Source of the DNA: an uncultured virus (IMG/VR IMGVR_UViG_3300027704_001989)
Taxonomy: Duplodnaviria; Heunggongvirae; Uroviricota; Caudoviricetes
Reading direction: 5' to 3' (one strand)
Virus record (IMG/VR): IMGVR_UViG_3300027704_001989
Length of the DNA stretch: 64,000 bases
In this document: positions 44,981-54,944 of the stretch, one piece after another
Layout of the letters: each line of letters begins with the position of its first letter
Numbering within the stretch: the stretch's first letter is position 1
The notes under the pieces: model-generated
Told to the model about the DNA's origin: nothing
Seen by the model: the letters and a program-made list of their open reading frames with translations, nothing else
The model's database searches: none
Made by a program: the position numbers and the translations under genes

Positions 44981-47790
44981 TATATACCTGCTAACTTTTT
45001 CATTTCTGACATTTGAACAACGTCAGTTGGTATTAGCATAACATGTGATGTTACACTTTCTGATATTAATACTTCATATCCTATGTCTGCCCAAGTAAGT
45101 CCTGCATGTTCTAGTATAGAACACATGTGTTCGTATGCTTCTGCTCTCATACTTCTTGCCATCTTAACAAAGTTTGCGTATGCTTGTGGATCTGTTTTTG
45201 CTAGGCCACCTCGTTTCATTGCAGGTGCGGCTGATTGGATAAAGTTATCTGCATCATATCCTTTAGTTTTTAGTTCACTTAATTTAGCAACCAATGCTTT
45301 TGCAGATGCTAAGTCACCTTGTAGTGTCTTAGATTGTAATGCTTTTAGTTCTGCTGTAGTAGGACCTGGTACTGGTTTAAGTTGTGCTGGTTGTTCACCT
45401 GCTTGTGGCTGTGCTGGTGTTACTGGTTCTGCTGGTGTTCCTGGTGTCCCTGGTGTTACTGGTTGTTCTGGTGTTCCTGGTTCTGCTGGTTTCCCACCAC
45501 CTGACTTACCAAATATTCCACCAATTGCTGCTCCAGCCATGCCTGCTGCTTTCTTTCCTAAACTTGCGTTAGGATCTGAGCGTGTGGCCTGTGCAAGACC
45601 CGGTGTCTTACCTTGTATATAATCTTTTGCTCTACCTATAATGCCTTTCTTTAAAGGTGTGCCGTCGCCGTTTAGTCCGTGCTGTTTGAATAACGCTTGT
45701 TGCATTGCACCAGTTGCTGGTCTACCTGCTTCGTCTTTCCAACCTGCACCATCCCACGTGAACTTAATTTTATTAACTGTGGCTGTTGTCTTTCCGGCTA
45801 CTAAATCGTTACTGCTCTTTCCAACTGATGGTGTTTCTCCGTCTGCTGGTGCTGGCGCTTCTCCGCCTTTAGCTTGTTGAACACCTTGTTGTATAGCACC
45901 CTGTCCACCTGTAGAACCACCTGCAGCACCGCTTGTAGTGCCCTGTGCGTCTGTTTGTGGAGTAGCTGGGGTATTTGTACCCTGAGGAGTAATTGGTGCG
46001 CCTGTAGCGTCATCTTTGCCGTCTTGATTAGCATCTGCTTGTGGCTGTTCTTGCCCTGCTTGTGGTTGTTCGCCACCTGCTTGTGGTTGTTCTTCTGGTT
46101 CTGGTTTTGCTGTAGGTGCAGTTGGTGCCGGTAACTCAGGACCTGCTGTTGCAATATCCTCTGGTTCCATGCCACCTTGTGCTAATATGTTTGCAATTGA
46201 TTGAGAATCAGTTGGCTTCTTGGCCTTGTTCCATAATGCTGTAAGTTTTTTAACAGTAATGCTGTTACCTAACTCTTTACCTGTTTCTTTTGCTTTACCT
46301 ACTAATGCACCGCCTGCTTTCTTAGCGGTTCCTTTGATAGCATCGGCTGCTTTAGCGGCTCCACGTTTAATGTCTGCTATTCCAATTTCATTTACTAGTT
46401 GTTGTTCTGCTTCATTTAGTGGTATGCCAGCTAAGTGTTTAGTGTAAAGTAAATCGTAATCAATACTTTCTGCTTTAGGTTTCTCTTCTGCTTCTGGCTC
46501 TGCTTTCTTTCCAGGTATTGTTGCGGCTGTTGCGGCACCTTGACCTAATGCTGCTGCTATGTCAGCAATATTTGCCATCTTGGCAACATCTTGTGCGGCG
46601 TCACCTGTTAAGGATGCTATTTCTGCTTGTAGCGATGGATCTACTAACGCTGCTTGACCTGCGTCGATGATAGCATTAGATGCTTCTACACCTGCGGTTT
46701 TGATTTGCATTAGCATTGCTTGATCAGTAGTTGCTTTAATTTGTTCAAGCCAGTTATATGCTTTTGCTGTTTGCTGTACTGCTTCATCGCTAAATGTATC
46801 AAACTGCGATGCTGCATCTTTTAATACACTGTATTGTTCATACTGATCTGTGGTCAGTATAACATTGCCACTAAAATAATTTCCTGTAGTACCTGTAGTC
46901 GATACAGATATTTCTGCAGAACCATCTGGGAATGTTTGATTCCATAATTCTTTTGCTGGGCCGCCTTGTGCTATAGCTTCTTGTGAGAACTCATCTACTG
47001 TTGCATCTTGTAATGATTGAGTAGCAGCCGCCAAATCTGATTCGACACCACTAGAGAACATATCTTTTAGTTCTCCGCCTAGGAATTCAAATGCCTTACC
47101 TGCTAAGAAACCAGCAACTGCTGTCTTAGCACCTTTGCCTACTGCTGTTGAAAGTTTATCACCTGCTAGTAAATCATTACCTAACCTTAAAACAAAACCT
47201 GCTGCGGCACCGCCTGCTGGGCCGGCACCAAATGCTGCTGCTGTTGTTAGTAGTGCTATTAAGAATTTTGTTTTACCTGGGTTATCTTTAGCTGCTTCTG
47301 CCATTTTAGCAATAGCTTTGTTAACTTTAGAATCTTTGCCGCCTAGTTTAGTATTTAAATCTAGTTTTGCTTTTTCAAATGCTTGGTCTAAACCTTGAAC
47401 TGGTGCAGTGTCTTGTATTACTTTACCTAATTCATTAACTTTATTGTTAATTTTTTTCATTACATCAGCGGCTATCTTAACACCACCGACAACTGCTTTA
47501 CCTGCATCTTGTGCAGCAAGTCCTGCTTGGCCTAATTTTGTTTTGTACTTGCCTGAATCTACTGCAATTTTTTCTGCATTGCCAAAGATTGCTGTAATCT
47601 GATCTGCTGTGAGTTCAGCTTCTGATAAACTCTGATATTCTTCTAGTAAAGGCCAAAGTTCTTTTTCCCATCTATTAACGTAGGATTTAGTATCTTCGTC
47701 AAGTTGACGCCACACACTTTCAGATAATATCTGGTGGCTTTTGCTTTCGTATAGGTTTAATTTAGTGTTAAGTGAATCACGTAATATCAT
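44980..47790 (-). CDS. Large Ala/Gly-rich putative internal/ejection protein
   Basis: Hydrophobic Gly-zipper segment, Pro/Gln-rich linkers, ends MKKLAGI. Confidence 0.6.
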   Translation of the reverse strand: MILRDSLNTKLNLYESKSHQILSESVWRQLDEDTKSYVNRWEKELWPLLEEYQSLSEAELTADQITAIFGNAEKIAVDSGKYKTKLGQAGLAAQDAGKAVVGGVKIAADVMKKINNKVNELGKVIQDTAPVQGLDQAFEKAKLDLNTKLGGKDSKVNKAIAKMAEAAKDNPGKTKFLIALLTTAAAFGAGPAGGAAAGFVLRLGNDLLAGDKLSTAVGKGAKTAVAGFLAGKAFEFLGGELKDMFSSGVESDLAAATQSLQDATVDEFSQEAIAQGGPAKELWNQTFPDGSAEISVSTTGTTGNYFSGNVILTTDQYEQYSVLKDAASQFDTFSDEAVQQTAKAYNWLEQIKATTDQAMLMQIKTAGVEASNAIIDAGQAALVDPSLQAEIASLTGDAAQDVAKMANIADIAAALGQGAATAATIPGKKAEPEAEEKPKAESIDYDLLYTKHLAGIPLNEAEQQLVNEIGIADIKRGAAKAADAIKGTAKKAGGALVGKAKETGKELGNSITVKKLTALWNKAKKPTDSQSIANILAQGGMEPEDIATAGPELPAPTAPTAKPEPEEQPQAGGEQPQAGQEQPQADANQDGKDDATGAPITPQGTNTPATPQTDAQGTTSGAAGGSTGGQGAIQQGVQQAKGGEAPAPADGETPSVGKSSNDLVAGKTTATVNKIKFTWDGAGWKDEAGRPATGAMQQALFKQHGLNGDGTPLKKGIIGRAKDYIQGKTPGLAQATRSDPNASLGKKAAGMAGAAIGGIFGKSGGGKPAEPGTPEQPVTPGTPGTPAEPVTPAQPQAGEQPAQLKPVPGPTTAELKALQSKTLQGDLASAKALVAKLSELKTKGYDADNFIQSAAPAMKRGGLAKTDPQAYANFVKMARSMRAEAYEHMCSILEHAGLTWADIGYEVLISESVTSHVMLIPTDVVQMSEMKKLAGI

Positions 47791-48049
47791 TCTTTTCTTC
47801 CCGTTGGCTCTCTTTAATTACTTTTTTTATGCCTCGGGAGAATTTGGAAGAATCTTTAGCACGAATGCTATTGACTATACGATTAGTTAAATCTTTGGCT
47901 TGGGCCTCATTGTAATTTGCTTCAATTTTTTCAATTAAATATATTACACTTTCAATAAGGTGTTCGCCACGGCTTTCAACCGCATGATTTCTGTCTCTAT
48001 CGACAGAGATTAGATTTAGTTCTTCAATTATGCTACGAGTTTTCCGCAC
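47777..48049 (-). CDS. Hypothetical late protein
   Basis: GTG start, GGAG RBS, TAAATA at 48078-48083. Confidence 0.7.
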   Translation of the reverse strand: MRKTRSIIEELNLISVDRDRNHAVESRGEHLIESVIYLIEKIEANYNEAQAKDLTNRIVNSIRAKDSSKFSRGIKKVIKESQREEKNDIT

Positions 48050-48090
48050 ATTACTCTCCTGTAACTAGGCTTAACAGTATTTATCATTTC

Positions 48091-49476
48091 TTAGTCGTCG
48101 TTCTTGGATAAAAACTCTCGCATATTCATTGCTTGTTTGATAGTGTCCTTATTTCCACTATCATCTGCTTTAATACTATTGTTTCTTTTTAGTTGATCAA
48201 CTAAACTACTTGTAGTAACTGTCATTGCATCTTCATCACCATCCTCTAAGTCTTCAATTCTTAAAGTATCTGTGCTAAATTTGAGATCTACTTTGCTACC
48301 AACTCCTGCACTAGAACGTGTTTTCATAAACTGTACCTGATACCTACCTCTTTCACGCATTGCGTTACTTGTAAAGATACCAATTACATTATCTGCTGTG
48401 TTGATCTTACTAATACCACCTGCAATATGACTATGATCATATTCTACTTCTTCTACTGCACTTCTACCTAACTGCGATGCTGTTGCATGTAGTATATCGC
48501 GTTCCATTGCTAAGTTACGCAACTCCTCTGATATGTACTTGTCTTTAACAAACATATTTTCTGCTGATATCTTAGCACTGATAGGCATCATTAAGTCTAA
48601 ATAATCTACTAACAATGCATCTACTTTCTCGCCGCACTGTATTTCGTATTCACGTAAGAATGCTCTAATGTCATTTGCGTTAATACCACTTGGCATTTGC
48701 TTAACACGGAACTTACCAGCACTCTTTGCCTTCATTTGTACACGAAGATCAACATCATCAATGTTCTTCATTATTTCTCTAGTGCTATATCCAGTAACCA
48801 TTGCATCTAAACGCATACTAATAAGTTGCTCACTAAGTTCTAAACTAATGTATACAACATTAAGTCCTGCTAATGCCCAATTAATTGCTAGATTCTGCAA
48901 GAACAAACTTTTACCACCGCCACTTGGTGCGGCAAAGATATTAATCTCACCTCTATTCATGCCACCGTATAGCTTTTGATCAATGCCTTTCCATCCTGTG
49001 CTTGTTGCACCACTCTGTGCTTTGATCCATTCCAATCTTTCTTTAGGATTTTCAAAATATTCAAGACCTAAGTCTTTTACTAACCCTATCTGCACAGCCT
49101 CTTTAATTTTATTTTCTACTGCACCGTAATCTTTGTTTTCAAGTAAGTCTGTGCTTTCAATAATTGCTATTTCAAGTGCTTTGTGTCTACAAAAAGTTTC
49201 AAACTCATCCATAAACCAGTTCTGGTGATCCGGAGTAACGTTATCTATAAGTGTAATGCCTTGTCCACCTACAGCGTTTAGTTGATCTAATGTAGGCACA
49301 CTGTTGTACTCGTTACTGTGCTGAAGCATTAACTCAATTGTGCCTCTAAATTTTCTACTAAAATATGCTGGTGCTATAATAGCTTGACATCTAGCAAACA
49401 AATCATGGTCGCTCATAAGGAACTGAATAAACATTCTCTCAATGTCTTGGTTATATTCTTTAATACTTGTACTCAT
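48091..49476 (-). CDS. Replicative DNA helicase (T4 gp41/DnaB-like)
   Basis: APSGGGKS, YISLELSE, VDYLD, ASQLGR, MKTRS. Confidence 0.93.
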   Translation of the reverse strand: MSTSIKEYNQDIERMFIQFLMSDHDLFARCQAIIAPAYFSRKFRGTIELMLQHSNEYNSVPTLDQLNAVGGQGITLIDNVTPDHQNWFMDEFETFCRHKALEIAIIESTDLLENKDYGAVENKIKEAVQIGLVKDLGLEYFENPKERLEWIKAQSGATSTGWKGIDQKLYGGMNRGEINIFAAPSGGGKSLFLQNLAINWALAGLNVVYISLELSEQLISMRLDAMVTGYSTREIMKNIDDVDLRVQMKAKSAGKFRVKQMPSGINANDIRAFLREYEIQCGEKVDALLVDYLDLMMPISAKISAENMFVKDKYISEELRNLAMERDILHATASQLGRSAVEEVEYDHSHIAGGISKINTADNVIGIFTSNAMRERGRYQVQFMKTRSSAGVGSKVDLKFSTDTLRIEDLEDGDEDAMTVTTSSLVDQLKRNNSIKADDSGNKDTIKQAMNMREFLSKNDD

Positions 49477-50450
49477 AACATCCTCATCTTAACTTGTGAT
49501 TTCATTTTATTTTTGGTAGCATGTTTAATTATACTTGCAACTGTTAAAAGTCTACCATATTTGGATACAGCATCAGCTGCATCTTTTACATCTTTATCCC
49601 ACGGTGGAAAACTTACTTCCCAACCGAGTGTTATTGCTTGCTCGATTAAATCTTTGCCTGCTGTATCTCTGTCTGGACATAGTATAACACGTTTTCCTAA
49701 CTTGTCTATCAATTGTGCTTGCTCCGGGCTTACTGCATTTCCTTGTACAGCAACACCGTCTACTAATATTGCATCAAATATACCTTCTGTTACAATAACT
49801 ATTTCTCTTTCTGTGCCTGCAAATGCATCTACGTTAAACACATAGCCTGGTTTTATATTATTTAAGAACTTAGGTGTTTCTTTTGTGGGTGGATTTATAT
49901 GTCTTCCAGTCCATCCTACTAGTTCGTTGTTATACATAAATGGTATGATAACACGTTTCTTATTTGCCATATCAGAAAAATGTAATAATGGATAAACACC
50001 TAGTACGCCGCGTTGTCTTGCATACTCTTTTAACTCATGCCCATCTGCTAAACTTTCTAATGTTTGCACATCATCTGGGAGTGGAACAGAATCAAACTTA
50101 CTAAAACTGTACACATACTCATCGCCTTCTGCTACATTTAACTCGTCACCTAACTTTAGCATCTCTACTTGCACCGCATGCACATCAGCAGTTGTTGCAC
50201 CTAACTTCATTGCTAAGTCTTTATACTTCTTACCCATGTACGGGTTAGGTGACCATCCTGTCTTATGCCCACAGTTAAAACAATGGAAACTAATCTTTGC
50301 ACCGTTTGCTATAACACCTGCACGTTTGCGGTTGTCACTGCACACAGGACAATCAAACGTTTTCCAGCCGCTTGGAGTACTGCTACTACGCACCGGGAGA
50401 TTATCTACTAATAATCTATGTACTTGTTCTACTACTGAATCCACACTCAT
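49473..50450 (-). CDS. DNA primase (T4 gp61-like)
   Basis: CPVC..CFNC Zn finger; TOPRIM EGIFDA and DRD; start 6 nt after the promoter at 50457-50485. Confidence 0.9.
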   Translation of the reverse strand: MSVDSVVEQVHRLLVDNLPVRSSSTPSGWKTFDCPVCSDNRKRAGVIANGAKISFHCFNCGHKTGWSPNPYMGKKYKDLAMKLGATTADVHAVQVEMLKLGDELNVAEGDEYVYSFSKFDSVPLPDDVQTLESLADGHELKEYARQRGVLGVYPLLHFSDMANKKRVIIPFMYNNELVGWTGRHINPPTKETPKFLNNIKPGYVFNVDAFAGTEREIVIVTEGIFDAILVDGVAVQGNAVSPEQAQLIDKLGKRVILCPDRDTAGKDLIEQAITLGWEVSFPPWDKDVKDAADAVSKYGRLLTVASIIKHATKNKMKSQVKMRML

Positions 50451-50492
50451 AGGCATATTATAGCAGAGTTACATTAGAAAGTCAAATGTTTT

Positions 50493-51281
50493 TTAGTTTC
50501 TTACGTGAATATTGGAAATAGTGCTGTCATCGTCTGATGGATAACTTATTACTCTTACCCAATTACAGTTTACTGCAAAAGTTTTATATAATATATCTGA
50601 TGTCCCTGCAATAGCAACATTACTAACTACATCAAACCAGTCAGCATGTCTATCGTCGCCTTGTGGCGTTGTTTGCATACAACTTGCTTGTATTTTAATA
50701 TTGCCGGTGTATGTTGTGTGATATATTGCAACCGTATGTTGAGCATTTTTAAAGTTGCTATCCAAGTTACCAAAGAACGCACTTGAAACAAATACATTAT
50801 TAGTTGGCTCTGTCATTGTTACATTAAATTGTGTAGGTACAGGATCTAAAACTGCTTGTTCTGATATTTGAATATCCAAGGCAACATCATTATTTTGATT
50901 TGAATACACCGGAAGGTCTGTACCTTCTGCATTGGTTCTAGTTACATATAGTCTGTATAAGCCTGCATCGATATCTTGCAAGTCACCTGATGCTAGATGT
51001 AGTTTAACCATTCCTGCATCGCTAGTTACTTCTAATCTTTTAGAAAGTAATCTTTTACGAGTTGCAGGGTTTACTATGTATGCAACAACTTCATCTGTGA
51101 ATACAGGCTGTAATTGTCTATCACGGTTCCTAATATTAAAGTTAATTGTATTAGTTAAACCTTTGTGTGCTATTATTGATTTATTGTTCATTGGTTTGTT
51201 GTCCACATATAAGTTGTCGGCGGTAATTACGAGATCTATTGAGTCTTCGTATAAAAATAATCTGTTATTGGCAGGATTCAT
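50493..51281 (-). CDS. Probable virion structural protein
   Basis: Beta-rich composition; TAAATA at 51306-51311. Confidence 0.55.
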   Translation of the reverse strand: MNPANNRLFLYEDSIDLVITADNLYVDNKPMNNKSIIAHKGLTNTINFNIRNRDRQLQPVFTDEVVAYIVNPATRKRLLSKRLEVTSDAGMVKLHLASGDLQDIDAGLYRLYVTRTNAEGTDLPVYSNQNNDVALDIQISEQAVLDPVPTQFNVTMTEPTNNVFVSSAFFGNLDSNFKNAQHTVAIYHTTYTGNIKIQASCMQTTPQGDDRHADWFDVVSNVAIAGTSDILYKTFAVNCNWVRVISYPSDDDSTISNIHVRN

Positions 51282-51335
51282 AAAATATATACCTTTCTGT
51301 TACAGTATTTATCTATCTGTTAGGTAAATATCGTT

Positions 51336-51707
51336 ATGCAAGAAATCAACCAAGAGCAATTTCCATTCATTACCGGATTAACATACGCAAAGTCAGAGTA
51401 CTATGGGATAGTTGTTAATTACGATAATACAATTTTAACCATGTATGATTTATCAAAGATGCCAGACAAAGCCGTTAGAGCATTGTTTATTACTTTGGGA
51501 GAAACATGGTGGTGGGAGTCAAATAGGATATTACCAATTGATGTATTCCTACATCATGAGATGAAACCTTTTCAAAAGTATCTAACCACAATGGTTATGA
51601 AAGATGTAGACCACATGTTTGGACCAATGACTACTTTACAAAATATGTTAAAGAAACGTATTAAACGTAGAGGGATTCAGTTGCAAAACATAAAACGTTT
51701 AGACTAG
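51336..51707 (+). CDS. Hypothetical protein
   Basis: TAAATA-N5-ATG; WWWESNR..PI motif. Confidence 0.7.
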   Translation: MQEINQEQFPFITGLTYAKSEYYGIVVNYDNTILTMYDLSKMPDKAVRALFITLGETWWWESNRILPIDVFLHHEMKPFQKYLTTMVMKDVDHMFGPMTTLQNMLKKRIKRRGIQLQNIKRLD

Positions 51708-52273
51708 ATTTCGCAAAGCCTATTTAATTGCACTACAATTGCTGTAGAAAATGCAATAGCATGAGCCTTCTTAAAATAGTATTCACCTGATTCGGGTTTA
51801 ATCCAAACAGTCTTTTCTATCTCATCAAAACTCTTACCTAATAGATGTTTCTTACCAGGTCTAATAATAGCAAGTATCATTGCTAGTTGCTCAATGCTCG
51901 TAGGCTTGTAGTCTTGCAACACATTTAGATAGTTGCTTACATGATACAATTTCGATACTACTTCGCTGTGTTGTAGCAACTCCCACATTGGTGTTATTGC
52001 AAGTAGTTTATTAAGATGCGCCTCGTCTTCGATATCAGAATACACACTGTTGTTAAGAAAGTCAACTTTAAACCAACCTTCTTGTTCTGCTTGTTTATGA
52101 TCTATTGTGCTGTAACCTTCTAATGGAAACTTAGGAATATTTTGAAAGTAGACGCCAGTATTGTGTTTAGTAAACTTACTATCCTTTTCAATACTTGCAG
52201 TGGTATGCTTGACTAATCTGAGAAAGTCTTCTCGGTTAGCCATATCAATATCTACATCAAAATTTATTTTCAT
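51704..52273 (-). CDS. Minimal DNA polymerase III alpha (DnaE)-like catalytic core
   Basis: DVDID, KHNTGV, GWFKVDFL, LAIIRPG, YYFKKAHA in 189 aa. Confidence 0.82.
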   Translation of the reverse strand: MKINFDVDIDMANREDFLRLVKHTTASIEKDSKFTKHNTGVYFQNIPKFPLEGYSTIDHKQAEQEGWFKVDFLNNSVYSDIEDEAHLNKLLAITPMWELLQHSEVVSKLYHVSNYLNVLQDYKPTSIEQLAMILAIIRPGKKHLLGKSFDEIEKTVWIKPESGEYYFKKAHAIAFSTAIVVQLNRLCEI

Positions 52274-52515
52274 TTGTAAAGCAAACTCCACTTCATTAGT
52301 TTTTCTTTTTTAACTTTTATTCTATCTGCTATTTGTTTATCATTTACAAGGCCACCATCACGTAAAATTTCGATCATACACATAACATCGCCTATCTCTT
52401 CTTGCAGTTGAGTGTAGTCTTGGTCTTCACCGAATCGTAGCATTTTACTACATGCTTGTATTAGCTCTCCACATTCTTCCATTGTGATCACTAACATTTC
52501 TTCTCGCTTTTGCAT
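52270..52515 (-). CDS. MazG-like nucleotide pyrophosphohydrolase
   Basis: EECGEL..EEIGDV. Confidence 0.8.
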   Translation of the reverse strand: MQKREEMLVITMEECGELIQACSKMLRFGEDQDYTQLQEEIGDVMCMIEILRDGGLVNDKQIADRIKVKKEKLMKWSLLYK

Positions 52516-52516
52516 A

Positions 52517-54202
52517 TTACTTTCCATACCAAATACTTATTTGTCCTGACTCGTTTTCAAATGGTGTTAAGTCCCCACCTTGTACATGTTCTGGTAAGTT
52601 AGGCACATGTCCGCCTGCGTGATATTGTATAAGATCAGTAATACCATCGCCATTTAGATCACCTAAAAAACTTTCTTCTGTAGCAGTAATACAACCAACA
52701 CTGTTACAAAAATCTTGCTGTGGTAGGTATGGCAATTGTCCTCTTTGATGATATACTAAATTACCTTCTTTGTCATTGATATAAATTTGAGGTTCACCTT
52801 CTTGTGCCCAACCACCCGATGACCAATAATCCATATAGCCGTCGCCGTTTAGATCTAAAGTTTGTTTGTGTACGCCAGCACCATTGATATACTTTTCAGG
52901 AAATGGGTTATCCTGCATTACAAGTCTATCACCTTCTAATGAAAATAATACTCTAACAGTTCCGCCTTCAAATTGTGTATCGCAATCGTACTCTTTGTTC
53001 TCATCATACTGAACACCATCTGGTAAACGCTCAATAGCCGCAAATCCAAGTAGCATTACTTCACTGTCTGGAGTGGGCCACCATAGTTCAAAGTGGTCCC
53101 ATGCAAGTCCACCGAAGTAATGTACGCCATCAATTTCTACAATCTCTTTACGACCACACCATTGATCTACATTAGGATCGCCCCATTCAATACAGCCTAA
53201 CTCATCACAAGTATCATAAACTAGTGTCTCAGTTACTTGGCCTTGTACAATATCGTATATTGAAAATCCTTGCCCAACTGCACCAATAGCATGGGTGGAT
53301 GTTACTGATTTAACTTCGCCAAAAGGTCTGTGATCATTAACATCAAAAGTTAGAAGATAAGCATGTTGCGACATCTTCTTTTTATCAGCATCATTGTTAT
53401 ATTCGTCACTTACATCAACCCAAACTTGTCCACTGTTACGATAGGCTAGTGGTGGGTTTTCAGTTGTGTAATCATTATCCCAATATCCAAATAACAGGTC
53501 CCACTCATAGTTCATGTTAGGCAGTGCCGCAACACCTTGTGCCCATAATGATTCGCCTAAGTCTACTAAGTTGTATGTGTTGTTATAGTCTGCTGTAAAA
53601 ACACCTTGCTGAGAGAAATGGTTAGACCAATCATCACTACGCTTACGACGATGGTCATCTCTTGAAATCATATAAGTAATGTGCGGCAATCCAATACCAC
53701 TGTTAGTATCTTCTAACAATGTAAAGAAGCCTGCAACGCCACCTTTCTCGCCACCAATTTGTACATAGTTTGTACCAAATGTGTCTATGTTATTTACTTC
53801 AAACGACCCGTATCCATCCGCAATCAATGCCAGCATTGTATTAGGTGTATCATCGTCGTGTGCTATCGCAGTGCCTTGATTAGGGTGATTAATATCTCCA
53901 CATAGCACAAACATTAAAATGTCTTTATGATTGTCATTATTTAGGTCTGCAATCATTGTATGCTGTATTCTAGATAATGTACAATTAGGTATTTCCAACT
54001 GACTTACTGCATTAACAATAGTTGCGTCTGGGCTACTGTTATATTCTACATCAAACGCTGGCTTTGTTACTGCTGGTGGTGCAGTTGTTGGTGGTGGTGG
54101 AGATGCTGGGGGAGGTGTGGGTTCAGCTGAAGAGCCGCCTCCGCCTCCACATCCTATTAAAAATAATGTACAAAGTAATGATGTCAAGTAATTTATGTGC
54201 AT
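52517..54202 (-). CDS. Lipoprotein with FG-GAP/VCBS-like repeats
   Basis: Lipobox LIGC plus GGGGG, Pro linker, DLNND/DLNGDG repeats; promoter TTGACT-N17-TATAAT at 54236-54264. Confidence 0.8.
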   Translation of the reverse strand: MHINYLTSLLCTLFLIGCGGGGGSSAEPTPPPASPPPPTTAPPAVTKPAFDVEYNSSPDATIVNAVSQLEIPNCTLSRIQHTMIADLNNDNHKDILMFVLCGDINHPNQGTAIAHDDDTPNTMLALIADGYGSFEVNNIDTFGTNYVQIGGEKGGVAGFFTLLEDTNSGIGLPHITYMISRDDHRRKRSDDWSNHFSQQGVFTADYNNTYNLVDLGESLWAQGVAALPNMNYEWDLLFGYWDNDYTTENPPLAYRNSGQVWVDVSDEYNNDADKKKMSQHAYLLTFDVNDHRPFGEVKSVTSTHAIGAVGQGFSIYDIVQGQVTETLVYDTCDELGCIEWGDPNVDQWCGRKEIVEIDGVHYFGGLAWDHFELWWPTPDSEVMLLGFAAIERLPDGVQYDENKEYDCDTQFEGGTVRVLFSLEGDRLVMQDNPFPEKYINGAGVHKQTLDLNGDGYMDYWSSGGWAQEGEPQIYINDKEGNLVYHQRGQLPYLPQQDFCNSVGCITATEESFLGDLNGDGITDLIQYHAGGHVPNLPEHVQGGDLTPFENESGQISIWYGK

Positions 54203-54293
54203 AATAGTCCTACCTATAATGTTAATACAGTAGTTATTATACAGTGGATTTGTATCAAAGTCAAGAAGTAAATTATGTTTTAAAATCAGTAAC

Positions 54294-54944
54294 TTAGATT
54301 TGGAATTGTGCTTTTATTGCTAGTTTTGTGAATTTAAAGTTACAACTAATGCTGTATCTTATGCTGTTTCCTAGTATAGGACTAGTATAATGTAAAAGAG
54401 AAGAAGGAAATATGTACATTTCCCCTTCTTCTGGTTGAACAGTTATCTGTGTTCTTCCAAATCCATTGGGACTTGGCTCACCGTGTTGGAAGTGTAATTG
54501 ACCAAGCGCCTTGCGAGACCCGGTAAGACCACCCTGCTCAAGCACAACAAACTGTTTGGCATCATCATCAAGTATTATTTTTGGAAATATTACACAAACT
54601 ACATCCGCACCAGGGTAATGTATATGTGGCGGATTGTATTCCATGTCTACTTGATTGTTATACCACGCAGCAGTTAACTCTAACGTGTCTATACCATGCA
54701 ATAGTGCATTATTGTAATGCCCACAGTCAACCGTTAAGTACGATTCCATATTTTGATGTATAGTTTGATACACATCTAATTCTCGTAACTGCCTAGCTAT
54801 TTTGTATTCTTCGCTAATAAAACTTATAAGATTTGCATTAGCCTTATCGCTGTTTGGTTTACACATATTATATAAACTTTGTGTCTCTGACTCTGTAAGA
54901 TTATATTTTACAATCCTTGGGCCAAATGCTTCAAGTACTTCCAT
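54294..54944 (-). CDS. 2OG-Fe(II) oxygenase-like protein
   Basis: AWYN..EYNPPHIH, IFPSSLLH..RYSISCN. Confidence 0.78.
   Translation of the reverse strand: MEVLEAFGPRIVKYNLTESETQSLYNMCKPNSDKANANLISFISEEYKIARQLRELDVYQTIHQNMESYLTVDCGHYNNALLHGIDTLELTAAWYNNQVDMEYNPPHIHYPGADVVCVIFPKIILDDDAKQFVVLEQGGLTGSRKALGQLHFQHGEPSPNGFGRTQITVQPEEGEMYIFPSSLLHYTSPILGNSIRYSISCNFKFTKLAIKAQFQI

Noticed and set aside
45380..46140. Short tandem-like DNA repeats
   Set aside because: Explained by Pro/Gln/Thr-rich protein linkers (PGTP, EQPQAG)
28235..47602. Many 60-190 aa plus-strand ORFs antisense to long genes
   Set aside because: Shadow ORFs from codon bias of the real minus-strand genes; no RBS, promoter or motifs
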